The translations under genes and the position numbers were made by a program. The notes beneath the pieces were generated by a model. The model did no database searches. It was not told the DNA's origin and saw only the letters and a list, made by a program, of their open reading frames with translations. 64,000 bases of DNA, from assembly GCA_020348445.1 (NCBI GenBank), contig CP070751.1, positions 2,197,613 through 2,261,612 on the forward strand, written 5' to 3'. Shown in pieces: positions 1 through 10,360 of the stretch (within the stretch, counting starts at the first letter, position 1; each line of letters starts with the position of its first letter). This DNA comes from Thermoplasmata archaeon. GTDB taxonomy: Archaea; Thermoplasmatota; Thermoplasmata; GCA-020350865.

Positions 1-271
1 CCCCTTGGGTGTGGCACTCCGTATATAATTGCAAGATAAAAGATTTATGTTGGATTATACTCTTATTATAGACTTTCACAAGTATTCATCTTTTATCGGA
101 TAACTTCATCTTCCTGCTATCCCCCTATTACCGGTATTAATTGATAGGACACGATTTAAACACTGGATTATCGTCCGATTTATCATTAAAAACGCTATTT
201 AACGCAATATTGCTAATTTTCAAGGAAAATTTATAAAATAATAACAAAATTTATAAAGATAAAATCTTATA

Positions 272-1345
272 ATGTCATCGATGTATACGAAGAGACTCAC
301 TAAAAAAGAGCAGCTCACGCTGTGGGGTTTGATAAACCACCCGAGTTTAAATGACAAGGAATTGGCTAAAAAAACTCGCTTGAAGCTCTCAACAGTCACA
401 GCGATAAGGAGAAGGCTGAGGGACAAGGGATATTACCAGACAGTGAATATACCTAATTTCTATCGCCTTGGATATGAATTGTTCAGTGTAATGTATGGGA
501 CTTTCAATGAGGCGGTTCCCATCGAGGCAAGAATCGAGAATTTTAGAAATTTCTCGAATAAATACCCCAATACCATCTTTTCCATGATGAGTAGAAGCAA
601 CGGCATTGTTTTCAATGTTGCGAAAAATTACGCCGAGGCCAACTCACAATACGAGGAACTGGAAATGTTCTTCACAAGCCATCATCTTACAGATGAAACA
701 GGTTGGAGTAGGTTGATTTTCCCCTTCCAAACATCCATTTTCTGGAATTTTTTTAACTTTTCCCCTGTATTCCGCAACTCCTATGACATAAAAAGGAAAA
801 TCAACTTACAGGAGTTTTCATCACAAAAGAAATTGGACGTTATTAGATTGAGTAAAAAGGAGAAAAAGGTCCTATTTGGGCTAGTTAAATATCCTGAGGA
901 ATCGGACAACAGCATAGCAGATAGATTCAACTTATCGCGGCAAGCTGTTTCGAACATTAAAAAGAGATTCATAAGTGATGATCTGATATTAACGAGAAGA
1001 ATTTTAAATTTTGAACATACTGGGTGCGATCTGATAACGTTCGCGTACACCTTCTTTGGAACGAGAGCACCCATCGAATCAAGGGGAGATGGTCTTAACT
1101 ATACGAAAAAGTATGTACCAGCCTTTATTGGAATCTCAAGTAACTTTGAGAATATTTTACTTGCGGCCATAAGAAATTATTCTGAATATGAAAAACTGAA
1201 GGAAAAGATTCTTTCGTTCTATAAAACTCATCTTTCAATTGCAAGGCAACCTGAGATATTATTGTTCCCGGTGGATGATATTCGTTATAGCGAAATCCCT
1301 ACATTCCATGATCTTTTGGGCGGGATGCTGGGAATGGAAGAATAA
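272..1345 (+). CDS. Transcriptional regulator with two tandem Lrp/AsnC-like HTH modules
   Basis: Two similar halves: LTKKEQLTLWGL..LNDKELAKKTRLKLSTVTAIRRRL..GY and LSKKEKKVLFGL..ESDNSIADRFNLSRQAVSNIKKRF..D. TTTATAAA boxes at 230-237 and 250-257. Confidence 0.7.
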   Translation: MSSMYTKRLTKKEQLTLWGLINHPSLNDKELAKKTRLKLSTVTAIRRRLRDKGYYQTVNIPNFYRLGYELFSVMYGTFNEAVPIEARIENFRNFSNKYPNTIFSMMSRSNGIVFNVAKNYAEANSQYEELEMFFTSHHLTDETGWSRLIFPFQTSIFWNFFNFSPVFRNSYDIKRKINLQEFSSQKKLDVIRLSKKEKKVLFGLVKYPEESDNSIADRFNLSRQAVSNIKKRFISDDLILTRRILNFEHTGCDLITFAYTFFGTRAPIESRGDGLNYTKKYVPAFIGISSNFENILLAAIRNYSEYEKLKEKILSFYKTHLSIARQPEILLFPVDDIRYSEIPTFHDLLGGMLGMEE

Positions 1346-1390
1346 TAGAATAACTGAGTCCAATTTTGGCGGTTTGATTCTGCAAGACCA

Positions 1391-4300
1391 CTATAAGATC
1401 ACATCTACCTCTCTTTCTAAAAGTTTCAGTTGACTGCCTTCTAATATGGAGGGGTTGACAGGGATAATCAAAATCGAGTTTGCCACAGCCACTTGATCTC
1501 TCATGGACTGTATCAATCTAAGCACGGTAATGAAATTGTTGTTCGTAATAAGATATTCGATGCCAGAAAGCAGTATAACACCATTTTCGTCCCTCGAAAG
1601 GAACTGCTCCATGGAAAGGCTCAGTTTTTCCAGATTTTTAGGACGGATGGTATCCTTCTTTCCTATGTTGGAGAGCCAGTATACCTTAGTCTCGCCGAAG
1701 TTGAATTCGTCTTTCAATTTCTTGGGAAAGTCCCTTGTGAAACAGATCGCGCTATGGCCTTTTTCCACTGCCTGTTCGATAAGTTTGTAATGCTCATCAG
1801 TGGTTTCGCTTTTTATAAGATGTGTCCCTCCCCATTTCAGCTTCTCAATGTCCATGGCTTCCTCTTCTTCCTCTTCGGCTTCAACTGGTTCCTCTGCAAC
1901 AGCTTCCTCGGATATAGGCTCCTCATAAACTGGCTCTTCAGGTAATACCTCTTCTGGCAATTCTTCCAGAAGAGGTGCTCCACATCTACTACACACTATT
2001 GCATTCTCTGGAAGCTGGGCCCCGCACAGAGGACAGAACTGCGGTTGCCCTTCCATCACCTTCTCTTCAACAGGGACCTCCTCCCTCTCCTCTGAGGCAT
2101 ATTTCTTGCAGCTGTAGCAGTACCACCGCTTATACTCCTCGATATAATTCAATACATTACCGCAAAATTCACATAAGTTCACTGGCAGTTCTTTGGCCTT
2201 CTTCCTCGCCTCCATTTCTGCTATTGCCCTCTCAGTGACAATACTGATAGTGAAGCTCTCACCTTCAGCATTCCATTCGACGATGTAACCTTCTGAAAGC
2301 TCATCGGTAACAAAATCGAGATTCTGGGATCTGGTTTCCCTGGTAATGTAATCCTTCTTCCCCTCTAAAATATCATAGAGTTCGTCGCTGATTTTAATCT
2401 TCGTATGTATTTCCTCTTCCACATGCAAATTCATTTCCTTTCGCATCTCCTGAATCCGCCTGATCATCTCTTTTGCGAAGCCTTCAGATCTAATCTCGTC
2501 TGTAATCTCCGTATCAAGGAATATAAAACCATCTGAGAACTCCTCCTGAAGAACACCCTTGGGCAAGGTCTCCATGAAGGAGACCATGTTGGGCATGATT
2601 CTCACCTGCTGTCCCTCTATGCCAAGGCTGTACTCACCTTTTTCAATACCTTCTTTGATTCTCCTTGCGGATTGGTACTGAAGGAGGGCAGCAATTTTAC
2701 TGGCCCATTGTCTGAAAACAGGACCAATGACCTCCATGTTGGGTTTTACCTCAAGCTCCATACCGCCCCATTGTTCCCCCATCCTGACGATCTCCAAAGC
2801 CTTGGCATTGGTTTGACGCAAGATTACGCTCTCCAAGGCCTCCACCGCATCTTCCACCTCGGGAGAGCCGGCCTTGACCACCACCAGCTTCACAGGCCAT
2901 CTCAACTTTATTTTGGCCTTCTGTCTGGCACTTGCTACCCGTTCCACGATCTCCCGAGCTATATCCATCTGTCTGTTCAATTCTGAATCAACAAGAGCTT
3001 TGTCGTACTTTACAACAGGTGACATAAAAATCGTGGGCAGCTTCCCATCCAGATTCTGATAAGCCTCTTCTGCAAAATGGGGGGTGAGGGGCGCCATCAG
3101 GTTGAAGACGGTCATTAGCACCTCGTGCAGGACCTTGTATACGGCCAGTTTATCTGGCTCTTCGCTTTCCACCCATGTTCTATCCCGAACTAGTCTGACA
3201 TACCATCTCGATAGATCTTCTAAAATGAATTCTTCCAGTTTACGACACGCGACGTGCACATCATAATTATTCATGGCTGCAATCACATCTTTTTTAAGGC
3301 TTTCAGCCTTTGAAAGCAACCACTTATCTTCAATCCTCATGTACTTTCTAATGGACCGAAACGATGCTTTATCTGGCTCAAATTTATCTATGGACATGTA
3401 AGTTGTGCTGAATACATATACATTCCATAGTATGTTCAATGTCCTTTTAGCGTTTTTCACACCCTCCTCCGAAAACGAAAGATCGTCCCAAGGGGCAGAT
3501 GTTTTGAGTAGATAGAACCGCAGCGAATCCACACCGTAATCCTTGATAATATCGAAAGGCTCGACTATGTTCCCAGAGCTTTTTGACATCCTTTTTCCCG
3601 CATCGTCCAATGCCCACCCATGCATAAGTACCGACTTATAGGGAATTTCGTCAAAGGCTATCACTCCAGCACCAAGTTGCGAATAGAACCAACCCCGGGT
3701 TTGATCATGGGCTTCGGTTATCCATTTACACGGCCACCACTTCTGAAATTCTTTTTTATCACCGGGGAATCCAAGCTGTGCCCATGCACATACGGCGGAA
3801 TCGAACCAAACGTCCATTACATCTGGCACCCTTTTCATGGTGTTGTTACAATCGGGGCATGGAAATGTAATGGCATCTATCCATGGTCTATGAAGGTCCA
3901 GATCGCCTTTATAATTATCTCCTTCCGAAAGATCGTCAATAGAACCTATCACACGGATATTACCGCATTCGCATTTCCATATTGGCAAAGGAGTGCCCCA
4001 GTATCTCTGCCTTGATATGCACCAATCCCTTGCATTGGATACCCAATCGTGCATTCTCGAAGAACCTGCCCAATCAGGATACCAGGGGATATCCGCGATT
4101 TCCTCCAGCATATCATCCTTTATTTCTGTCACCTTTAAGAACCATTGATCTGTGGCGCGATAAATGATGGGGATTTTGCAGCGCCAGCAGTGCCCGTACC
4201 TGTGGGTTACTTCATCATCGAAGAGCATCAAGCCCTTTCTCTTAAGTTCTGCAATAATGTAATCATTACCCTTTTTAATATCGATACCTGCGTATCTACC

Positions 4301-5386
4301 CGTCTCCTCGGAAAACCTCCCGTCCTCGGTCACGGGGCAGAAGGGTGGGATATCGAACTCCTTTCCAATTTCGAAATCCTCGGGGCCATGCCCGGGTGCG
4401 ATATGAACGACACCAGTGTATTCTTCTGTAACAGTATCAGAAAGCAGCACTTTATGTATCCACTCACCTTCTAAGTTCTGATGATATTTCATCTCACGAA
4501 GGAAGGGGTGCATGTATTCGAGTTCCGCTAGTTGGCTTCCACCTAAAAGATCCAGAACTTCGAAGTCTCTACAGCCGATTAAGGCCATAACGTCCTCCAC
4601 CCTTTCCTCAAATAAGTACATGATTTCCTCCTTTCCTTTCATATTGAGCTTTACCTTCGCATAGATGAACTCTGGATTAACAGCTATAGCCAAATTTGCC
4701 AGTAAGGTCCATGGTGTGGTAGTCCAAATGAGGATGGACTCATTATCCTTACCTTTTAGAGGGAATCTAACATAAATGGACGGGTCCGTTTCATCCCAGT
4801 ACTCAACCTCAGCCTCGGCAAGGGCGGTCTGACATCTCGGGCACCAGGTTAAAACTCTCTCGGATTGTATCAAGAGCCCTTTATCATGTGCCTTGCTTAG
4901 GGTCCACCATTCCGATTCGATGTAATTGTTCTTTATTGTGAGATAGGGATTTTCCCAGTCCAACCAAATCCCGAGTTTTTTAAATTGATCCACCATCTTC
5001 ACTTTAAAATCTTGTGCAAATTCCCGGCATTTGTCAACGAAAGTATCAATGCCCATCTCCTCAATTTGGCGTTTATCCTTTATTCCCATGGATTTTTCAA
5101 CAAGAACCTCGATGGGAAGACCGTGCATATCGAAGCCTGCCTGGTCCCTGACATTGTATTTCTGCATCCTGCGGTATCTGAGTACGACATCCTTCAATAT
5201 CTTGTTCCAGGCGGTTCCGAGATGGATATAGCCAGTGGTATACGGTGGGCCGTCGATGAAGTAATATTCCTTCCCGGTTTTGCATTGCTCCTTTGTCTTC
5301 TCGTACGCCTTGCTCTTAATCCACAGTTCCTGGATGTACTTCTCCATTTCATTTGGTTGATACTTTTTCTCAGCCTGATGAATCAT
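1391..5386 (-). CDS. ileS: Isoleucyl-tRNA synthetase with C-terminal extension (zinc ribbons, acidic linker, DUF835-like domain)
   Basis: DGPPYTTGYIHLGTAWN (HIGH), WCISRQRYWGTPLP and RMSKS (KMSKS) motifs. ATG at 5386 follows a GGGGG SD; the ORF track uses the GTG at 5389. Confidence 0.95.
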   Translation of the reverse strand: MIHQAEKKYQPNEMEKYIQELWIKSKAYEKTKEQCKTGKEYYFIDGPPYTTGYIHLGTAWNKILKDVVLRYRRMQKYNVRDQAGFDMHGLPIEVLVEKSMGIKDKRQIEEMGIDTFVDKCREFAQDFKVKMVDQFKKLGIWLDWENPYLTIKNNYIESEWWTLSKAHDKGLLIQSERVLTWCPRCQTALAEAEVEYWDETDPSIYVRFPLKGKDNESILIWTTTPWTLLANLAIAVNPEFIYAKVKLNMKGKEEIMYLFEERVEDVMALIGCRDFEVLDLLGGSQLAELEYMHPFLREMKYHQNLEGEWIHKVLLSDTVTEEYTGVVHIAPGHGPEDFEIGKEFDIPPFCPVTEDGRFSEETGRYAGIDIKKGNDYIIAELKRKGLMLFDDEVTHRYGHCWRCKIPIIYRATDQWFLKVTEIKDDMLEEIADIPWYPDWAGSSRMHDWVSNARDWCISRQRYWGTPLPIWKCECGNIRVIGSIDDLSEGDNYKGDLDLHRPWIDAITFPCPDCNNTMKRVPDVMDVWFDSAVCAWAQLGFPGDKKEFQKWWPCKWITEAHDQTRGWFYSQLGAGVIAFDEIPYKSVLMHGWALDDAGKRMSKSSGNIVEPFDIIKDYGVDSLRFYLLKTSAPWDDLSFSEEGVKNAKRTLNILWNVYVFSTTYMSIDKFEPDKASFRSIRKYMRIEDKWLLSKAESLKKDVIAAMNNYDVHVACRKLEEFILEDLSRWYVRLVRDRTWVESEEPDKLAVYKVLHEVLMTVFNLMAPLTPHFAEEAYQNLDGKLPTIFMSPVVKYDKALVDSELNRQMDIAREIVERVASARQKAKIKLRWPVKLVVVKAGSPEVEDAVEALESVILRQTNAKALEIVRMGEQWGGMELEVKPNMEVIGPVFRQWASKIAALLQYQSARRIKEGIEKGEYSLGIEGQQVRIMPNMVSFMETLPKGVLQEEFSDGFIFLDTEITDEIRSEGFAKEMIRRIQEMRKEMNLHVEEEIHTKIKISDELYDILEGKKDYITRETRSQNLDFVTDELSEGYIVEWNAEGESFTISIVTERAIAEMEARKKAKELPVNLCEFCGNVLNYIEEYKRWYCYSCKKYASEEREEVPVEEKVMEGQPQFCPLCGAQLPENAIVCSRCGAPLLEELPEEVLPEEPVYEEPISEEAVAEEPVEAEEEEEEAMDIEKLKWGGTHLIKSETTDEHYKLIEQAVEKGHSAICFTRDFPKKLKDEFNFGETKVYWLSNIGKKDTIRPKNLEKLSLSMEQFLSRDENGVILLSGIEYLITNNNFITVLRLIQSMRDQVAVANSILIIPVNPSILEGSQLKLLEREVDVIL

Positions 5387-5557
5387 CACTTTCCCCCAAT
5401 GTTTTTGTTGTATTTATTACTTATTAAGATATTCTCATGCAGTTTTTTTTCACTCCCAATAAAACCTCAGATAACTTTAAAATATTTAAAACCATTTGAA
5501 GATATAACCTAAGGCTAAGCATTTATTATGGTTCACTCATATATAGGGGGGATATAT

Positions 5558-6853
5558 ATGGGCACGACAGCTATTGTGGGAACGCAGTGGGGTGACGAAG
5601 GTAAAGGCAAGATCACGGATGTATATGCAGAGGATGCGGACATAATTGCTCGGTTCCAGGGGGGAAACAACGCGGGGCATACGATAGTTGTTAAAGATGA
5701 GGTCTATAAATTCCATCTTTTGCCTTCCGGAATAATAAGACCTGAGAAAACAGTTGTAATAGGCAATGGCGTTGTAATCGATCCAGAGGTATTGTTAAAG
5801 GAATTGGGTGATATCGAGGCAAGGGGCTTTAAGGTGAACAACCTTCTAATAAGCGATAGGGCACATGTTATCATGTCTTACCATAAATTACTTGATGGAT
5901 TGCAGGAGCAATCATTGGGTGAAGCAAAGAAAATTGGAACCACGAAAAGGGGTATCGGACCTACATACGGTGATAAGATTGGACGATACGGTATTCGAAT
6001 CCACGATTTGATAGATGAAAAGGACCTTTCAGAGAGACTGGACGCCCTTGTACCCCTGAGACAGAGGATGATATTTGCCTACGACGGCGAATCTAAGATA
6101 TCGAAAGAAGAACTATTGGATAAATATACTGAATATGGCAGAAAACTGTCAAAATATGTGACAGATACATCCGTTTTTTTGAACAAGGCAATAGACGAAG
6201 GGAAAAACGTGCTTTTTGAAGGTGCCCAGGGTGCAATGCTGGATGTGGATTTCGGCACTTACCCATATACGACTTCCTCCCATACTGTTTCCGGTGGTGT
6301 GTGTATAGGTCTAGGTATTGGCCCAAAAAAAGTCCATCGGGTGATAGGGGTTGTCAAAGCCTACACAACAAGGGTCGGGGGCGGTCCCTTGCCTACAGAG
6401 CTTACAGATGAGATTGGGGAGCACTTGTTAAATAAAGGTGGGGAGTATGGCACCACCACAGGAAGGCCTAGAAGGTGCGGGTGGTTGGATCTGGTTGTTG
6501 TTAGACATGCGGTTCGATTGAACTCATTGGATGCAGTGGTGATAACGAAAATAGATGTTTTGAATGGATTAAAGAATATCAAGGTGTGCAGGGCCTACGA
6601 ATTGGACGGTAAGGAAACAGTGAATTTTCCATCCAACCTGAAGGTCTTGGCACGTTGTAAGCCTGTTTACGATGAGCTTGCCTCTTGGGACGATTTCTCA
6701 AAGGAGGAAGGCCTTAAAATGGCAGAGGAAGGTTATGATGCTCTTCCAAATGAGATGAAGGTCTACTTAAAATATATCGAGAAGAACCTTGGGGTGCCCA
6801 TTGAAATGGTTTCCCTTGGGCCGGGAAGGGGGGAGACTGTGGATCTACGATAA
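5558..6853 (+). CDS. purA: Adenylosuccinate synthetase
   Basis: GTQWGDEGKGK, RFQGGNNAGHT and EYGTTTGRPRRCGWLD. Start placed at the ATG at 5558 after the AGGGGGG SD. Confidence 0.97.
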   Translation: MGTTAIVGTQWGDEGKGKITDVYAEDADIIARFQGGNNAGHTIVVKDEVYKFHLLPSGIIRPEKTVVIGNGVVIDPEVLLKELGDIEARGFKVNNLLISDRAHVIMSYHKLLDGLQEQSLGEAKKIGTTKRGIGPTYGDKIGRYGIRIHDLIDEKDLSERLDALVPLRQRMIFAYDGESKISKEELLDKYTEYGRKLSKYVTDTSVFLNKAIDEGKNVLFEGAQGAMLDVDFGTYPYTTSSHTVSGGVCIGLGIGPKKVHRVIGVVKAYTTRVGGGPLPTELTDEIGEHLLNKGGEYGTTTGRPRRCGWLDLVVVRHAVRLNSLDAVVITKIDVLNGLKNIKVCRAYELDGKETVNFPSNLKVLARCKPVYDELASWDDFSKEEGLKMAEEGYDALPNEMKVYLKYIEKNLGVPIEMVSLGPGRGETVDLR

Positions 6854-6857
6854 TTAT

Positions 6858-7784
6858 CTAAGTTTTTGCTATGGCCTTTATTTCTTTGATCATACTGCAT
6901 GATTTGCATATTTTACTGAGTGTTGGCTCTCCACAATCTTTGCATTTTAAAAGTTTTGCAGGCGGGAATGATTTAAGAAGAGCATCGGAAATGGAATCAT
7001 AACTTTGAAGTAGGGCGTGTCGTGTTCCTGGGGTATCCTTTTCCAGGTTGTTTATGATATCCCGAAACCTTCCCCGTTGTGCTCTTTCGGAATAAGGGCA
7101 TTCGCCATGGTAGAATTCGATTCTGTTGAGCATGGCATAAAGGTAGCTCTCCTTTTCTGGAATAAGCCTCAGGGGTTGGATTCTGGGAACGAGACCCTCC
7201 TGCACCCTTTCATGTGGCCCCAGTCTTGCGAGCTTGGCTATATCTCCTCTCATGATGTTCATGAGTATGGATTGGGCTGTATCGTCCAGATTAAGGCCAG
7301 TGGCAAGCCTTGTAGCATTAAGTTCCTTTGCCTTCATATTCAGGCATTTTCTTCTGAATACACCGCAGTAAGAGCAAGGGGTTGTTTTAATTGGAAGTTT
7401 CGAGATATCGTCCATTGTGATGTCCACTGCATCCTTGAAGCTGACGATATGCAGAGGGATATCCATAAGTTCACAGTTTTTCTTGGCAAATTCCATGCTC
7501 TCGGGCCTGTAATCTGATATTCCCTCATTTACGCAAATTGCGTGTATCTCGGTGTCCTTTCTTTCTTCCAGAATATTATTCAGGATATGCATGGCCACGA
7601 CGCTGTCCTTTCCACCTGATAGAGCAACTGCGAAGACTTCATCCCTCTCTAATTTGAACTGCTTCCTCAACTCCTTCTTCACCCTTTTTTCCACGAATTC
7701 GGTGAGGTGGAGCTTACAAAGGTGCGCGCCGCTGTATCTGATGAAAGTCACGGCATTCTTGCCGCATTTGTCGCATGCCTTCAT
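6858..7784 (-). CDS. ttuA: tRNA 2-thiolation protein, TtuA/Ncs6 (TIGR00269-like) family
   Basis: PP-loop ALSGGKDS, CSYCGVFRR, GLNLDD and ECPY; N- and C-terminal CxxC zinc fingers. Confidence 0.85.
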   Translation of the reverse strand: MKACDKCGKNAVTFIRYSGAHLCKLHLTEFVEKRVKKELRKQFKLERDEVFAVALSGGKDSVVAMHILNNILEERKDTEIHAICVNEGISDYRPESMEFAKKNCELMDIPLHIVSFKDAVDITMDDISKLPIKTTPCSYCGVFRRKCLNMKAKELNATRLATGLNLDDTAQSILMNIMRGDIAKLARLGPHERVQEGLVPRIQPLRLIPEKESYLYAMLNRIEFYHGECPYSERAQRGRFRDIINNLEKDTPGTRHALLQSYDSISDALLKSFPPAKLLKCKDCGEPTLSKICKSCSMIKEIKAIAKT

Positions 7785-7957
7785 TAGAAGATGTGAAAGG
7801 TTTGGCGTTATTTAGAGGTTGGGATTGATAAATTATTTCATCACGCTATTTGAATACTTTTTTAAGTTCCCCTTTTTGGGCATTATCGCTTTTATTTACA
7901 GTTAATAGTACTCCATCACCAAAAGCTATATAACCCCCAAGAATAATCTATGAGTAT

Positions 7958-8284
7958 ATGGAAAATGAATCCAGCCAGGAACAGGAAGAAACAGACCAAG
8001 AAACTCCTGTAAAAACCGTTGATTCTGCAAAAGAGCCCAAGAAAGCAAGCACCGCCATACCTTTGATGATCACGCTCATCGGGATATTCTGCTACTTGGG
8101 AGTGATTATACCCTCGGTCTTTGGATCCTCCAACAGATTATTTGATTATTCCATTTTTGATATACTTCTTATGGTGGGAGGAGCTGCTTTAGTGGGTTTG
8201 GGTGCATACTTCTGGTTCAGTGTTAAAGCTGAGATGCTCGAAGTTATGGAAGAAGAGGACAAGAAGTCCCTAGAGGCGGCCTGA
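7958..8284 (+). CDS. Small membrane protein with two predicted TM helices
   Basis: Two hydrophobic stretches (AIPLMITLIGIFCYLGVII; ILLMVGGAALVGLGAYFWF) between acidic termini; TATA-like TATATAA upstream at about 7927. Confidence 0.7.
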   Translation: MENESSQEQEETDQETPVKTVDSAKEPKKASTAIPLMITLIGIFCYLGVIIPSVFGSSNRLFDYSIFDILLMVGGAALVGLGAYFWFSVKAEMLEVMEEEDKKSLEAA

Positions 8285-9391
8285 GTGGGATACCTTTTTT
8301 AAAAGACCTTTAATTTCCATCAGCTGACAAATTATACAGTGATTAATAGTGGGGGAGTCAATATCTCCAAATTTCCCACTCTTTATCATATGACATTTAT
8401 GTCCAGTCTCCCAGGGACAGTTCAATTCCCCAGGTTCTAATACAGGCTTTGCCACTATTTCTTCTGCCTCCTCCAATAATGATTCCCCAAAATGTATGGC
8501 ATCTTCTATTTGCCGATAAAAATCAGGGGAAATCTCATCTTCAGCTACAACAACGGAAGTGAGGGGTTCAGAATCAGGCTCAGAAGCTGATTCTAGAATG
8601 GATGCAGAATCTATCTCAGATACCACCTTTTCCTTTGGCAATTTCGACTTCTGTTTTTTGGCTTCGACCATCATTGGCTCTGAGACCGGCGTTCCCGATT
8701 CCATTTCGCCAGATATCCTCTTCTCCTTCACCCTTTTTTCCAATTTAGTGGCCTTGTCCACCTCTATTCTGCCTTCTCTATCATCTTTAAGTATAGCTTC
8801 ATCGGATTTGATTTGGATTACCTCTCCCTCTTCTGTGAGGGTGCTTTCCAACTCCCCAGATACAGTTTTTATTTTGATGCCTTTTTCCTGCTCAGCATCA
8901 TCATCTTCTATTACTTCCTCCAGTGCTGGGACACCGATACTTCCCGTGTTATTAACTTCAGATGATGATATCCGTTCTGCTTTTATATGTTCATCAATGC
9001 CCTCGATGATCTCATTTGAAAGGTTACCAACCTCAGCCACATGAATTTTTTCCTCCAGTAACTTGGAATAATCCACCTTCTGGGTGAAGATGCTCTTTTT
9101 TGCGTGCTTTGCCTTGTTGAGGACTTCCAATGCCTTGATGTCCTTATGCCATACATCCTCATCAAAGGTTTTTACGAGTTCCACCCCTTTGGGGGTGATG
9201 GTCACCGTAAAATTACTGGGTCCCACCCATTCGATGGAGATGTAACCTTCCCTTTCAAGTGCCAATACTTCCTTTTCCAAATCACTATATCTAATACCCC
9301 TTATATTGTGGAAAAAGACCTCTCTGTCTGCTCCGGTATAGCCCCTTTTGGCTACGATTATGAGAATCTTGTTTCCCATTTCGGAAGTCAT
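8270..9391 (-). CDS. Hypothetical protein: winged-helix-like N-terminus, acidic low-complexity middle, Cys/His-rich C-terminus
   Basis: Long ORF. ATG at 9391 follows GAGGGGAGGTG. N-terminus YSDLEKEVLALEREGYI..VTITPKG resembles a wHTH; C-terminus CPWETGHKCH..HCIICQ. Confidence 0.65.
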   Translation of the reverse strand: MTSEMGNKILIIVAKRGYTGADREVFFHNIRGIRYSDLEKEVLALEREGYISIEWVGPSNFTVTITPKGVELVKTFDEDVWHKDIKALEVLNKAKHAKKSIFTQKVDYSKLLEEKIHVAEVGNLSNEIIEGIDEHIKAERISSSEVNNTGSIGVPALEEVIEDDDAEQEKGIKIKTVSGELESTLTEEGEVIQIKSDEAILKDDREGRIEVDKATKLEKRVKEKRISGEMESGTPVSEPMMVEAKKQKSKLPKEKVVSEIDSASILESASEPDSEPLTSVVVAEDEISPDFYRQIEDAIHFGESLLEEAEEIVAKPVLEPGELNCPWETGHKCHMIKSGKFGDIDSPTINHCIICQLMEIKGLLKKVSHSGRL

Positions 9392-9483
9392 CGGCACCTC
9401 CCCTCATATCAATAATGTACTTTCGTATATTAGGATTTTTGCATTATAAAATCAATAAGCATAAGGAAAAAAATCGTAAGAAA

Positions 9484-10248
9484 TTATAACTTTTTCACTT
9501 CTTTTACAATATTTGGTAGTATATCCTCAACCTTACCTTTTATAATCCAATCCGAAATAAGACCTGTTAAAAAGGTCTCTTCTAAATTGATCTCAAGCAC
9601 TTTCGCACCATTCTCACCTGCCATAACAGGCATATGGGACATGGGTGAAACAACAGAAGAGGTCCCAACAACTAGCATCAATTCACATTCCCTGGCAAGG
9701 GCATAGGAGCCAAAAAGAACTTCCTGGGACAGCTGCTCTCCGAAAAGCACAACATCGGGTCTTAGGGCAAATCCGCATTCACATCTTGGAGGTATCTCTA
9801 TTTGGTATCGCTCTATGGGATAGGTCTTGTTGCATTTCATACAAATTAAGGTGCGATTGCTACCGTGCAGCTCCCAAACGTTCTTGCTGCCTGCGGCCTG
9901 ATGCAGGGAGTCAACGTTTCCTGTGATGATGCCAGAAAGAAGTCCCATTTCCTCCAGCTCAAAAAGGGCAATATGCGCGGGATTTGGCTTCGCAGGTAAT
10001 ATGGTATCTATCATCTCTTTCAGCATTATCCATACCTTTTTGGGATCTTCCAAAAATGCAGCGACATGAGCATACTCGTCAGGGTTGTACTTCTCCCAAA
10101 GTCCCCCCTTTCCTCTGAAAGGTGGAATCCCGCTTGCTACAGAGATTCCCGCTCCTGTGAGGGCAATGGTGTTTTCTGACACGATGATCGCTTTTGCAGT
10201 CCTCTTTATTAATTCATCTTGGTTATTCAAGTGAGTTTCTGTGTTCAT
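9484..10248 (-). CDS. cobB: NAD-dependent protein deacylase (Sir2/sirtuin)
   Basis: TGAGISVASGIPPFRG, ELHGS, CxxC..CxC zinc site, RPDVVLFGE, VGTS. Confidence 0.95.
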   Translation of the reverse strand: MNTETHLNNQDELIKRTAKAIIVSENTIALTGAGISVASGIPPFRGKGGLWEKYNPDEYAHVAAFLEDPKKVWIMLKEMIDTILPAKPNPAHIALFELEEMGLLSGIITGNVDSLHQAAGSKNVWELHGSNRTLICMKCNKTYPIERYQIEIPPRCECGFALRPDVVLFGEQLSQEVLFGSYALARECELMLVVGTSSVVSPMSHMPVMAGENGAKVLEINLEETFLTGLISDWIIKGKVEDILPNIVKEVKKL

Positions 10249-10360
10249 TATAAATCCTCTTTTGTCGTCTTAATATAGTGATGGGGCCCCCTAGATCATA
10301 AACCCTACAAGTATTGTCTGTGCATCCTACTCAAGGTCATCTATTAAGAGTGCGAATTCC

